From Schizochytrium sp. TIO01 (taxonomy: Eukaryota; Protista; Bigyra: Labyrinthulomycetes), in contig SMSO01000034.1 of assembly GCA_004764695.1 (NCBI GenBank), positions 3,410,001 through 3,474,000 of the forward strand: 64,000 bases of DNA. The letters are read 5' to 3'. The notes beneath the pieces were generated by a model. The model ran no database searches, was not told where the DNA came from, and worked only from the letters and a program-made list of their open reading frames with translations. This document shows, piece after piece, positions 35,603-45,596 of this stretch; the first letter of the stretch is position 1, and each line of letters starts with the position of its first letter. The position numbers and the translations under genes were made by a program.

Positions 35603-36481
35603 TTAAACCCAAAATGGAAAGGTTTGAAGCTCGGTCCATCGGTCTGCGCTTCCCTGTGCTCGACGGTTCAACTTTTCGAGCTTTTCGGGCGTATAAGGAC
35701 CTCGCAGCAGAAATGATTTAATGACTTCGACATTCGAAGATTTTGCACACGCATGAGTAAGTGCATTCCACACTGATGCTTCAACAGATGTCTCGTTCAC
35801 ACCGTACAGTTGCATAAGGTTGGTGCAATCCTTCTCGGACAGAAAAAACGAGGATAAATCTCCATCGTCAAAGGGTCTTATCTTTTTTATACCGTCTGTG
35901 AGAGTGCAGGCTTTTGAGTAATGCGGAAGCGAGCTCACTACAAAAATGACCAATCCATCGATGTTCACCAACTCGCGCAGCAAAGACTGTATCGGTGTCT
36001 CTTTTGAACCAATCTTGGACTGAGGAAGGACCTCAGAAGGGGGCAGGCACTCCACATGATCTAAAACCACAACAAAGGGAGACTCCTGACGTGCTTTTGA
36101 ATCTACAAGCTTCTCAAAAACCTTTTCGGCAGGGTAGTCACTGAAAGAGCTAATGAAACAATGTTTCACCCCAAGGGACTTTACAAAGGACTTGTCAAAC
36201 GAGGCGAAATCCACATAATGAGCACCGGGTAAAGCCCGCTGAAGAGCGGTCGTCTTTCCACACCCTTTGACTCCAGACAAAATGTAAGCACGGCTCGAAG
36301 CCAAGTGTTTGCGATACGCGTGTCGCTTCAACTGCTGCTCTAAAGGATGAACGAAAAAATCACCCTTATCGGACTGCAAGGGAGGGAGGTTGCTCTTCTG
36401 ACAATTTCTGTAAAGACACGCCAAAGAGAGTCCACTACCTAAAACAAATGCCGGTTTTAAAACACCAAAACTCTTCATCAT
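35603..36481 (-). CDS. P-loop NTPase (AAA+/STAND-like) with N-terminal hydrophobic segment
   Basis: Walker A YILSGVKGCGKTT, Walker B VVVLDHVE and sensor strand VIFVVSS. Confidence 0.75.
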   Translation of the reverse strand: MMKSFGVLKPAFVLGSGLSLACLYRNCQKSNLPPLQSDKGDFFVHPLEQQLKRHAYRKHLASSRAYILSGVKGCGKTTALQRALPGAHYVDFASFDKSFVKSLGVKHCFISSFSDYPAEKVFEKLVDSKARQESPFVVVLDHVECLPPSEVLPQSKIGSKETPIQSLLRELVNIDGLVIFVVSSLPHYSKACTLTDGIKKIRPFDDGDLSSFFLSEKDCTNLMQLYGVNETSVEASVWNALTHACAKSSNVEVIKSFLLRGPYTPEKLEKLNRRAQGSADRWTELQTFPFWV

Positions 36482-36769
36482 TATTACCTTTTCTTTCTCT
36501 GGTCTCAAATAGCAAAAACATATTATTTGAAGGGTCTTTTTTACTCACCGCTCTTGGTAGCGATAAGTATAAAGAACAGATGTCATAGCTCCGGTGACCA
36601 GCAAACACAACACAAGGTAAATGTTTCTGAATTGATTTATCTTAGGTGGCGGCATCCTCTTTCTTGGTTTGTTTTGTTTTGTTTTTCACTTTGAAAAAGG
36701 GAGCACAAATTTATTTTGTCTTACAGAAGTTAGAGTTACTCTAAACCATACTTATTGGATCTCATTATC

Positions 36770-39678
36770 ATGGTTTCTACTACAGAAAAGTCTCAAGTAT
36801 TTCAAAATGCTTTAAAAACAGCGACAACAAACATGGGTAAAGACAAGGCTGGAAGAGGATGCAACAAAAGTCTCGCAGCAGGTCGCCTGGGAGTGAAAGT
36901 TGACTGTCCTGACATGGCTCGTTTCGCACCAAGCGACGGGTCCAGCAGGTACACTCCTTTGCATGTAGATCGTCGCTTCGAATTTGCTGATGCAGAGAGT
37001 TTCGACTGGGGTACAGTGAACATGAGCAACGAAAAAACCATCAACCACCCTGCAGTTGATGAGGAGCACCCCTTTCTCACCCAAGAAATGTTCATGGAGG
37101 ACCGCGATTCCTGGCTCACCGAAAACGTCGTGAAGAATGGAAAGCTACCTAAGGGCATGCGATACGCAGTTGACTGGCGCTACATTGGTGGCATCCCGCC
37201 AACTGCAAACGGACAGTTCAAGGAACGCTCTATTCGACGCTGGGTGCGGCCTGTTCAGACCAGCCAGTGCGGCAGTATCTGCACGCTCACAGGCATGCGC
37301 CAAGAAATGAGTTTGCATCGCTGTGCGCAGCTCGGTGAGATGAGTCGCCACCGCAAGATTGCTAACGTACCCTACCTCTACACCAATCACTATAAGCACC
37401 AGTTCTACTACGCCAATTCTTACCACACCCAGCTAGCAAAGGACAATTTTGTGCGCGTAGGAAACGAGATTGTCAACGAAGATGACCCGCTAGAGACCTG
37501 GGTTGAAGTTAAGACAGACGAAGAAACAGGCGAGCTTATCAATTATGACTACGCTCTCGACACCGAAGGCCAGAAGGCAGAGCGCAAGCTTGTGCAGTCA
37601 GTGGACAACGTTCTCAGCAAGGAAGAATTTAAGTGGCCATCGAAGCGCGACGACCCCAAGGCGCAAGCTTCCCAGGTCTACACCAGTAATAAGGTCGATC
37701 CTTACTTTACTAAATTCGTAGACGAAGACTACAAGGTCCCTGATGGCCTGCAAATTGGCTCGGAAAAGGTTGACATCGAGGACTGGGTCCACCTTGCTCC
37801 TTACAACCCAGTGGGCAACTGTTCTGACCCTTCCTGGAACCGCTACCGCAAGAGCCTGAAGAACTGGGGCGCAGCGACGGAAAGAATAAGTGGGGAGGCG
37901 GCAAGAATAAGAAGGGTGTCACACCTATTGAACTTCTGGCTTACAAGGGTGATGGCAAGTGGGAGCGCCACTTCCAGTCTAATAAGAAGGTTCGGAAGCG
38001 AGCACCTTTCAAGTCAGCTAAAGAGTTCGGAGGCGCAGTCGGTGCTACAAGTATGACTCGCAACTACAATTGGTCGTGGAGCACAAATGGTCGCACGCGC
38101 GAAAACCAGTACTCTATCCATTCTCCACTCTACGTCTGTAAGAACCAGGGAACCTTTTTGACAGGAGAAATGGCAGAAGCTTCACCAGCTATCTTCCTTG
38201 CCTGGGTACTCGATAACTACGGACCCGTGGTGCATTCGTTTGCTAATAGCACTTCTGGTGATAACTTTGCTGAGCACTGGCGTCTTTCTGGAGGCACCAT
38301 CAAGGAACTTGGCAAGATCCTGTACCCAGAGCTTATGCTCACTGGTTATAATGATGCAGTCGATCGCGCAGTCCGCGCCTCTCTCGACGGCTACACTACA
38401 GCAAACTACCTGAAGGGCGACGACATGCGCGCCGGCACTAACAGCGGGCACACCTGTGTTTGTGTTGGTTATTACTTCTTGCCAGACGCCAAATCTTATG
38501 TCACCGATGAGGAGTCAGGAGAAACCGTGCTGCGCGATGATCCTCAAATGGTATTTATTTACATGAATTCACACTTTAACGCAGGAACTTTCCAGGGCAT
38601 GCGTGGCTTTATCGTGCGCACAATGAGCCTCACGCACGGTGTGCTGGGCATCAACGAACTTCGCACAGGAATTCATCTCTGGAACCCAGAGGGGCGCCCC
38701 ATCAAGTACTTCTATGACGGCACTGCTTATGTCCCTGACTCGCTGCCACAGCATGCTGGTGGCTCTAACGAAGTCCGTGGTCTCTCGCCCTATGATTGGC
38801 GCCAGACAATCGACTACGATCAGTCTGGTCGCACGCGAGAGTTCGTCAAGGAAATGCGCCCTGAAGCTAGCTCAGAAGACACTAAGATGGACCGCGAAAT
38901 CTTCGAACCGCCCAAGTTCACTGCACGAGTTTCGTCAGAGTATGACGGGTTCTTCGTATCGCCAAACACACAGTGTGAAGGAAGCAAAGCCACCAAGACT
39001 TACCGCAGCACTGCAAATCTCGATAAAAAGATCAAAAACTGCAAGGGTAAGTGCAAGTTTGTAGAAGTTGACGAAACAGCCAACACAGTTAAGTTCTACC
39101 AATCCTGCGCACTTGCAAATGACGACACAGGCACCACCGTTTATGTAAACAACGACGTCAAAGACGCTCGCTCTCAGAACGGACTGCAGCGCACTATTGT
39201 TGACCAATATTATAACAACTTTCGCAGCATCTGCCGCTTCCAGCGAGGACCCTTCCCGGAGCACATCGAAGGATACCACACCGCAAATGGCCAGGGAGTC
39301 GAAGAAGTTATCAAGGAGGTCAGTGCTAGCACTGCAGAGAATTGCGCAACGAAGTGCAACGAGGACGAAAAGTGCACTCACTTCACCTGGGATGCAAGCT
39401 CGCGCATGTGCGAATTCGGAACCGGACTCTATGCAGCCACGCGCCGATCCTCTGTAAACCGCCCCACTTACGTAAAGTTCTCAGAGGATACCCCTATGAC
39501 CAGTCCTCCTGTAGTGACAGGACCTCCCGAGGAGGAAGTCGAGGAAGAACCGGAAAGCGAAGACGAAGAGGTGAACGAACCTTGGATCGACGAGCTCAAG
39601 GAAGAGGTTGAACAAGGCGTCTGCGACCAAGAAGATATCGACGAGGAGGACGAGGAAGAGGAGGAGCCAGAAACCTGA
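36770..39678 (+). CDS. Large (~970 aa) divergent papain-like (clan CA, C1-like) protease with C-terminal PAN/Apple domain and acidic tail; one G missing at 37866-37869
   Basis: LPKGMRYAVDWR, RPVQTSQCGSIC, NYGPVV, NSGHTCVCVGY and VFIYMNSHF appear in papain order. STAENCATKCNEDEKCTHFTWDASSRMC is PAN-like. The frame of ORF 38053 is open back to ~37870. Possible 5'-UTR intron at 36617-36726. Confidence 0.7.
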
Positions 39679-39720
39679 AGAACTACTATTTTTTGTTAAT
39701 ACTTCTTGAACACCCAGACT

Positions 39721-40836
39721 ATGATTAAAGCACAAGTCATCTTACTCGCGCTCAGTATCTTCATACTTCTTACTGGAGCTGGACTTCTCATAGCCGGACA
39801 AAACGTTGCTAGCAGCAGGTCACTTGCAAGCGAAACAAGCGACACTACCACCAGTGACACTAGCACAACCAGCAGTTCTACAGAAGCATCTACTACTGCT
39901 GCTGCTACGACAACTGCTGCTGCCGCCACAACCACTGCTGCTGCTACGACCACTGCTGCTGCCACAACCACTGCTGCTGCTACGACCACTGCTGCTGCCA
40001 CAACCACTGCTGCTGCTACGACCACTACCGCCCCAGTAGCAAGTGTCTGCAAAGTGATTGACGCAAGTCTAACACTCTGTGCTGGCGACGTCTATAAAAT
40101 TAAAGACACTCAATTGGCTTCAAATGGACAGCAGCGGTACATGGAATATTCCAGTGACTGGAATGCAGGCTTACAAGGGAGCTGGCGTTATATCACTCTT
40201 TCAAGTGCAACAAACCCCCAAGAGGACATGCAAGAAGTGACAATTAATATTACTGATTACGGAGTGCACTTTCTTGCTCCAAGCCTGGGCTATTTTATTG
40301 ATGCGTCAATTGCTTATATTTATCAACTAGCAATTCTGAGAAACGTAGATGCCATAGAGACCAACGCTTTCAACGTTAGTTCTAACAACGGCGCTTACAG
40401 CATCAAGAGTTCCACCAGAAATAATTGGATACAACGCTACTACTCAAATAACAACATCGGATACGGCTCCGCGGGCAGCGATGCCTCTCTAGCAAACAGA
40501 CGATGGACCTTTGAGCCAGTCACTCTCATGAGTCGCCAAGGAGCAAGGTTTGTTACTGACTCTAGCGAAGCAAATGATGAAGAAAATAAACAAAAGCTCA
40601 GAAGTACCTTCCTTATTTCAGGAGGTGTAATCGCTGGACTAGGAGCCCTCTCTCTTATTGGCTCAATCGCGTGGATCATGATCACAGAAGACAAAACGCG
40701 ACCACCACAGGAACAGCCACAACAGCCCAAACAGCCCAAACAGCCTGAACAACCCAAACAAGGAACCCAGAGCGGGTACATTGCGGCCCAAAAATCCTCG
40801 GCGCAAACATCTTTGCCAGGCGTAAGAATGTTTTAG
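39721..40836 (+). CDS. 2-TM surface protein: N-terminal signal/anchor, Thr/Ala mucin stalk, beta-rich (possibly beta-trefoil) domain, C-terminal TM, QPK repeats
   Basis: Hydrophobic VILLALSIFILLTGAGLLIAG, (TTTAAA)n stalk, Cys pair VCKV..LTLCAGD, RWTFEPVTL, TM FLISGGVIAGLGALSLIGSIAWIMI. Confidence 0.75.
   Translation: MIKAQVILLALSIFILLTGAGLLIAGQNVASSRSLASETSDTTTSDTSTTSSSTEASTTAAATTTAAAATTTAAATTTAAATTTAAATTTAAATTTAAATTTTAPVASVCKVIDASLTLCAGDVYKIKDTQLASNGQQRYMEYSSDWNAGLQGSWRYITLSSATNPQEDMQEVTINITDYGVHFLAPSLGYFIDASIAYIYQLAILRNVDAIETNAFNVSSNNGAYSIKSSTRNNWIQRYYSNNNIGYGSAGSDASLANRRWTFEPVTLMSRQGARFVTDSSEANDEENKQKLRSTFLISGGVIAGLGALSLIGSIAWIMITEDKTRPPQEQPQQPKQPKQPEQPKQGTQSGYIAAQKSSAQTSLPGVRMF
39890..40030 (+). 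repeat. Coding minisatellite, 18-bp units alternating ACCACTGCTGCTGCTACG / ACCACTGCTGCTGCCACA (TTTAAA peptide)
   Basis: Direct tandem repeat with a 36-bp higher-order period. Confidence 0.92.
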
Positions 40837-40872
40837 TAAAAATCATTATCATCAGATAGACACGAACACAGA

Positions 40873-41814
40873 ATGGACGAAACACCCCTAGATAAACCGC
40901 CTCATTCAAAGTTAAAACTTATCTCTATCTCGCTCCTGGCCAGCGGAACTATTGCCACTCTAACTGGAGCCATTGTCATCGGAGTTGGTCAAACGCAACA
41001 AAGCCGGAGCACGATAGAGGATGTCACAATCCCAATTACCACGGAAACAATTACAACAGCAGCTGCGACGACAACTCCCGCTGTTACAACAACTAGCACC
41101 ACCGAAACAACAACTGCTGCAGTCGTGACCATAGGACCAACGGCTCCCATCAGTAGCGACTGTTTTCAAGTCAGCAAGTTTACAACCTTCTGCTCCGGAG
41201 ATACATTTAAGCTACACCATTACCTCTGGACAGAAAGAAATGGAGTCCAAAGCTTTCTTCAAGCCGCAGAACCCAAAGAATTAGATGGTTTCGGAGAAAT
41301 CCAAACCCTGGAAATCGGAACCGCCCAATCCGACTCAGATAATAGACAACTGCTTCGACTCGAAGCCCGATCAGAAACACCAGTTGATCTCACCTGGAAC
41401 CTATATATTAGCAACGGATTCCTCGCCGAATCCTCAGATTATTTAAACAAAATCTCGCCATTTGTAGTGCTGGACAAAGATAGAAACGATCCCATTCCTA
41501 TTAAACTGGACTTTAAATCAGATGGGTCCGTGGATATCGTGCACGGAAACACGGGCCAAGCCCTTGAACTCGATACTCTGTTCGGCACTTGGTTGCCCCA
41601 TTTCATAGATAAAACTACCGACACTGGCTTGTGGTATCTGATTCCACAAACTCTCGTTCCGAGGGCTGGCACAGTGCAAAACGCCAGTAGTTCAAACAAG
41701 GCACCAATCATTGTCGGGGCTATCTTATGCGGACTCGGAATTACAGCTCTAATTATAGGAGCAATTCTACTCAAAAAATCAAATACACAAGTGCCTCAAG
41801 AAAACGGTAACTAG
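40873..41814 (+). CDS. Paralog of the upstream 2-TM mucin-stalk protein
   Basis: Same architecture and aligned motifs: LTGAIVIGVGQ vs LTGAGLLIAGQ, DCFQV..FTTFCSGDTFKL vs VCKV..LTLCAGDVYKI, WYLIPQTLVPRAG vs WTFEPVTLMSRQG, GAILCGLGITALIIG vs GGVIAGLGALSLIG. Confidence 0.78.
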   Translation: MDETPLDKPPHSKLKLISISLLASGTIATLTGAIVIGVGQTQQSRSTIEDVTIPITTETITTAAATTTPAVTTTSTTETTTAAVVTIGPTAPISSDCFQVSKFTTFCSGDTFKLHHYLWTERNGVQSFLQAAEPKELDGFGEIQTLEIGTAQSDSDNRQLLRLEARSETPVDLTWNLYISNGFLAESSDYLNKISPFVVLDKDRNDPIPIKLDFKSDGSVDIVHGNTGQALELDTLFGTWLPHFIDKTTDTGLWYLIPQTLVPRAGTVQNASSSNKAPIIVGAILCGLGITALIIGAILLKKSNTQVPQENGN

Positions 41815-41829
41815 ATACAATCAATCTGT

Positions 41830-42207
41830 TTATAGTGTAATTGTAAAGTCGAACTTTCTAAAGTCCTCTAGACTTGGAACTCTCTCCCCCCAACTTATTC
41901 TAAAGGAATTAAACCCCAGAGGAGATATAACAAAACCAAGTTCTTCTAAACGCCCCACTATCCTTTTCGAGCATTGTAAAACTAGTTTCTCTAGAATTTC
42001 GTTCCCAGCATCGTCCAATTTTTCGGAATAACGAATCAATTTAATACGGGTGTTCATCCCACCCCGTTGGGCAACATTTGTTATCAATTCTTCAATCGAA
42101 CACAGTTTCCACCGCAAATAATTTTTCAGTTCCTCGAGAATCAGAGCATTCACCTCGGCATCGCTCACTTTCAATGCCGCGTCCATACAATCCTTGGCAG
42201 TAAACAT
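41830..42207 (-). CDS. Hypothetical protein (125 aa)
   Basis: ATG-initiated ORF with protein-like composition, tightly packed and convergent with the previous gene. No motif recognised. Confidence 0.55.
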   Translation of the reverse strand: MFTAKDCMDAALKVSDAEVNALILEELKNYLRWKLCSIEELITNVAQRGGMNTRIKLIRYSEKLDDAGNEILEKLVLQCSKRIVGRLEELGFVISPLGFNSFRISWGERVPSLEDFRKFDFTITL

Positions 42208-42646
42208 CGTTTCACTACAGATAGATTCTTACTTTCTCTTCTTTCTCAGCAAATAGAAAATAAAAAGATCGCCTTTTTGCATTGAACTATTTGCCAACTT
42301 TCCTTTTCACCATCTTTTAGTTCCTACTCTCTTTCTTCCTTAGCAAATAGGACCGAAAACCTTTGAAAATTTTTAATCTTTTATCTATTAATAGTTTCGC
42401 AAAATAGAAAAAAAACTAACACTATGAAAATCTCCAGTGTTTTATTTTAATTCTAAATAAAACCCAAAATGTTTTTAATTGGTTATTTGGCTTTACACAC
42501 CCTTTCTTTATAAAGTGTGTAAAGCAGAACTTTCTAGGAACAAGTTTCCCTCTTTCAATCCCCTGAAAAGTCAATGGGTGCAAGCTAGCAAGCAAATCCC
42601 TAACTCAGAGCGCCTAGGAATACACAGGACGAGCAAACTCGCAAGG

Positions 42647-45556
42647 ATGGCGGATGGCGCAGCAAGCCAGGCGTGGCCTTCTCCACTTCACGATGTCCTC
42701 GCCAGGTATAAGAATGCGGAAAGCACCGTGAAAGAGCTAACCAAAGATGTCAACGATTTTTTGAAGATACTGAGAAGCGATGAGAAACTCAGCAAGCGAC
42801 GAATTAAGATGTATGAAGAATCTTTGGAACTGACACAGCTACAGTTGAAAGATGCACGAGATGAGGAGTTTTTTTATGCGGTGCTGTCACCGGTCTCTGA
42901 GACCCTGGATGAAACATATCGGCACATCAGAGACAACCCTGCACTATTCCTCGAACCCGTGCCAGTTTTCACGCCCGAAGGGAAGTTCGCGAAGCTTTTT
43001 CACCCCAAAGTCGAAATTCCGCTAAATCTCGCCTCCGGTAGCCCAGCCCCCGATTTCCTCACTCATGATCTTTTGGGGCGTTTTAACGAGAATTTTGAAA
43101 ACTTTGACGAAATTGTTTCAGGTGATCACCAAACACTCATGAGCTTTTACGGCACCTCGGGCGCTGGAAAGACGAGATTGATTTTTGAGATTTTTGCTCG
43201 AAGCTACGGACTGTACTTCGTTGCTGCTGACAGCCGTACACTCAACCCAGGCAGCTACGATATCGCAAGTCTTTACTTCGAGTTGGGGCGCTTTGCCAAA
43301 GAATCCACGCCACTTGAAAATGGTGAGCTTGCAAACTTCTACACAATCGCTCTGATATTCTGTAGACTGCTGGTTTTCTGTGCACTCAAGCACGCCCTCG
43401 GCACACATGGAAAGGTGCCTTCCGAGGAGCTTTGGCTTCGCGTACAGCTCGCACCACGGCACTACTTCGCTGAGGATGTGTTTAACGCACTGTTCTCTAC
43501 ACTTATTTCTGGCTTTAACGAGGATTTGAGTATCTCAAACGCTGCAGAAGAACCTCGCCGTATACTGAAGAAATTAAAACCCATCTGGCGAAACATCCGT
43601 GACTTAGTTGAAGGTATCAAGTTTAATGTAGCCTTTGACGAAACACAAGTACTAGCCAAGAAATTTGTGGGTTTTTTTCACTCCTCTGAAGACCAAGATG
43701 AGAGGCGAAGTTTGCTCTCTCCGGTCTCCAAAATACTCACGTCCATAGTAGATACTCACAAACTCATTAATCACCCCATTTTCTCCGGAACGGGTTTTTC
43801 TATGGTCCACATTACAACGCAACTGTCCAGTGCGTCTGCAAAAGATACCAAGAACCCATCTTTGCATTACAAATTTCCCTCACTAGGCACAGCTAGCGTT
43901 GAACAATATATTGGGACTATTCTGGACTTAGACCAATTGGATGAACATGTTGTTCAGTACACATGCAAATGGCTTACAGGAAGACCCAGGTGGACAGTTG
44001 CATTTTTAGATATTCTACTGGGGAGAGAACTTCAATCGAGTGACCCAGAAGACCTCAACGCGAGCTTCATTCAAGAGATACGTCGCTTCGTCGAAATCAT
44101 GACACACCCGAACGCTTTTGATACTATACCAGAGAATCAGCGCGAATCAAGAGCATCCTGGCGTTATAAAGCAAACTCCACCGCACTGACTGCAATCAAA
44201 CGGATCGATGAGAACAAAAAAGAAATCCAAGATTTCCAAGATTTCCTAGATGCGCTCGTAACGCATCTCTTTACAGACGAACCCGTTTGTTTAAAGAATA
44301 AATCTGCACAGAAACTGGTTGACGACGGAGTCTGTCAAGTCAGTTCGGTAACGGTCCAGGCAACACGAAGAGGCTATGTCCCAGATGGATTCTTTGTCAA
44401 ACTTGATGAACCTCTGGTGCTTGAAGCAGCACTACAGAACTTTCTTAAGGAGGGAACCCTCCTCGAGTTTGTTGTCAGCAAGATTAGGGAGACGGGTTCG
44501 CAAGACTATATGGAGTACTATACCATGCTATGTGCTTTGAAACACATGAATTCTACACTAGATGTGGCGAAGGAAATTATTATTCAGGACCATTCTGATC
44601 GCCGCGAAATGTTGTTTGATCATCTTGAAATGCCCAAAAGATCGTCATTCGGAAAATTGGTGCGCAATTGTAGCAGAGACCAACAGGAAACGCTGGATTG
44701 GTTATCGGAAATGAACGGGTATGCCTCGGAGGGCTTGATGGATTGGGTCGAACCCTTTTGTTACCCATTCGATGATTTCGGGGCAGATGTGATAACGATG
44801 ATGCGTCGCACAACGGTACCGGATCTAACTAGCGATGAAGCGTTCGTCCCAGTCTTGATGCAAGTAAAATATCCAAATCGCGGAGAAAGCGAAAAGATCA
44901 GAAGGGGACAAAATACAAAAGCACTACTAAGTGTATTTCCGGATCTGGCTTTCAGGGCGAAAAAAGCCAAGGTTGAGATCTACAACGGGAAGCGGTTTCC
45001 CATGTTTCACTGGACCAACCACAATAAAAAGAAATTTCCTGAAATCCTTTCCGTGTGCAAGGATTTCTTCCGCGTTGAGGAGCTGAACTATGACAAGGCC
45101 ACCCCGCAGCGAAGGGCCGAAGCTGATGCAGAATGTTTATACATCCATGAGATTAGACAAAAACAGAAGGAACAGGCAAAAAAAGAACGAGAACAAGACA
45201 TGAATGAGTTATTCAAACGGGATTTGGATTGGAGAACACGCAGTCGTCCTGTGATCATGATGGTTTGCCAGACAGAAGAGGCGAGTGATTTTCTGACCTC
45301 CTTCTTGAGTCACCCAGGAGAAATAGATGGCCCGAGGCTTATTGCGGAATCAGATTCGCATGAACTTAGCCAAACAATCACAGATCTCCACTGTCAAGAG
45401 CGGAACTGTAGACATGAAATCCACGACATTGTTTTGTCCATTGATGCTCGTGCTGATAATGATGTTGCACATGCTTTCTTCTCGAACAGCAATTTTATCA
45501 CAATTGCACAAAACGCGGTCGTAGAGCACAGAGGGCGCCGAACGGACCAGCGATAA
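42647..45556 (+). CDS. Crinkler/RHS-type NTPase + PD-(D/E)xK restriction-endonuclease-fold protein (~970 aa)
   Basis: Walker A FYGTSGAGKTRL followed by YGLYF, Walker B VAFDETQ, IFSGTGFS, WLTGRPRWT, LDEPLVL and C-terminal FCYPFDDFGADVI...VLMQVKY. This motif series is typical of CR-NTPase/CR-REase pairs. Confidence 0.75.
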   Translation: MADGAASQAWPSPLHDVLARYKNAESTVKELTKDVNDFLKILRSDEKLSKRRIKMYEESLELTQLQLKDARDEEFFYAVLSPVSETLDETYRHIRDNPALFLEPVPVFTPEGKFAKLFHPKVEIPLNLASGSPAPDFLTHDLLGRFNENFENFDEIVSGDHQTLMSFYGTSGAGKTRLIFEIFARSYGLYFVAADSRTLNPGSYDIASLYFELGRFAKESTPLENGELANFYTIALIFCRLLVFCALKHALGTHGKVPSEELWLRVQLAPRHYFAEDVFNALFSTLISGFNEDLSISNAAEEPRRILKKLKPIWRNIRDLVEGIKFNVAFDETQVLAKKFVGFFHSSEDQDERRSLLSPVSKILTSIVDTHKLINHPIFSGTGFSMVHITTQLSSASAKDTKNPSLHYKFPSLGTASVEQYIGTILDLDQLDEHVVQYTCKWLTGRPRWTVAFLDILLGRELQSSDPEDLNASFIQEIRRFVEIMTHPNAFDTIPENQRESRASWRYKANSTALTAIKRIDENKKEIQDFQDFLDALVTHLFTDEPVCLKNKSAQKLVDDGVCQVSSVTVQATRRGYVPDGFFVKLDEPLVLEAALQNFLKEGTLLEFVVSKIRETGSQDYMEYYTMLCALKHMNSTLDVAKEIIIQDHSDRREMLFDHLEMPKRSSFGKLVRNCSRDQQETLDWLSEMNGYASEGLMDWVEPFCYPFDDFGADVITMMRRTTVPDLTSDEAFVPVLMQVKYPNRGESEKIRRGQNTKALLSVFPDLAFRAKKAKVEIYNGKRFPMFHWTNHNKKKFPEILSVCKDFFRVEELNYDKATPQRRAEADAECLYIHEIRQKQKEQAKKEREQDMNELFKRDLDWRTRSRPVIMMVCQTEEASDFLTSFLSHPGEIDGPRLIAESDSHELSQTITDLHCQERNCRHEIHDIVLSIDARADNDVAHAFFSNSNFITIAQNAVVEHRGRRTDQR

Positions 45557-45596
45557 AAATTGTTGCTGTTTCTACCTAATAAAGTAAAAAATCTCA

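Noticed and set aside
39890-40030. Regular repeat array considered as CRISPR-like
   Set aside because: No unique spacers. It is an in-frame coding minisatellite in a eukaryotic gene, and there are no cas genes.
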